Assembly (NCBI RefSeq): GCF_964059045.1
Contig: NZ_OZ060402.1
Location: forward strand, 30,001-62,000
Source: Candidatus Saccharimonadota bacterium
GTDB lineage: Bacteria; Pseudomonadota; Gammaproteobacteria; Enterobacterales; Enterobacteriaceae
Length of the DNA: 32,000 nt
Direction of reading: 5' to 3'
Shown piece after piece: positions 31,878 through 32,000 of this stretch. Within the stretch, counting starts at the first letter, position 1. The number at the start of each line of letters is the position of its first letter. The translations under genes were made by a program, and so were the position numbers. The notes beneath the pieces are model-generated. The model saw nothing but the letters and a program-made list of their open reading frames with translations. It was not told where the DNA came from and did not search any database.

Positions 31878-32000
31878 TTATTTTTTTACATACATTATAA
31901 TAGTTATGCCAGCAATAACTTTTCCTTTCACTTTTTTTAATTCTATAATTTCATCCATATTTGAAATAATTACAGGTGTAATAGTTGATTTTGCATTTTT
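31878..32000 (-). CDS. crr: PTS glucose-specific IIA component, C-terminal 40 codons (the gene continues beyond the window; absent from the ORF track)
   Basis: Hand translation of the minus strand from nt 32000 gives KNAKSTITPVIISNMDEIIELKKVKGKVIAGITIIMYVKK followed by stop (TAA at 31878-31880). The E. coli Crr C-terminus is EKAKSTLTPVVISNMDEIKELIKLSGSVTVGETPVIRIKK. Confidence 0.8.
   Translation of the reverse strand, partial: KNAKSTITPVIISNMDEIIELKKVKGKVIAGITIIMYVKK

Overview
This window is an extremely AT-rich, tightly packed chromosome slice from a reduced Enterobacterales-derived insect endosymbiont. Gene content, gene order and near-collinear protein matches to E. coli orthologues (recalled from memory, no search run) fit Buchnera aphidicola best. 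Gene order is metE' (3' end) > < purH, rpoC, rpoB, rplL, rplJ, rplA, rplK, nusG, secE, then a four-tRNA cluster (Thr-Tyr-Gly-Thr, transcribed on the minus strand). It continues with metF >, < argE, argC-argB-argG-argH >, cysE >, < rpoD-dnaG-rpsU, tsaD >, < ribB, cca > and < crr' (3' end, missing from the ORF track). Every long ORF that is not a shadow ORF is a well-known housekeeping or amino-acid/cofactor biosynthesis gene. I see no mobile element, CRISPR array, defence island or unassigned multi-gene system, so I do not claim a novel system here. The one clearly unusual object is a perfect 183-bp palindrome (337-519) at the convergent metE/purH junction. It has a bidirectional terminator-like core, and its arms extend 62 bp into metE coding sequence and cover the last two codons plus the stop of purH. 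Secondary observations: structured rplL-rpoB and rpoB-rpoC spacers; gene-sized ORF-free spacers that are likely gene-decay scars (one holds a weak rhodanese-like fragment); mixed genomic encoding of tRNA 3'-CCA together with a cca gene whose HD domain looks eroded; no recognisable FMN riboswitch upstream of ribB; and a 12-A homopolymer inside rplJ. Four ORF-track starts (rpoB, rplL, metF, rpoD) were moved to the conserved N-termini.
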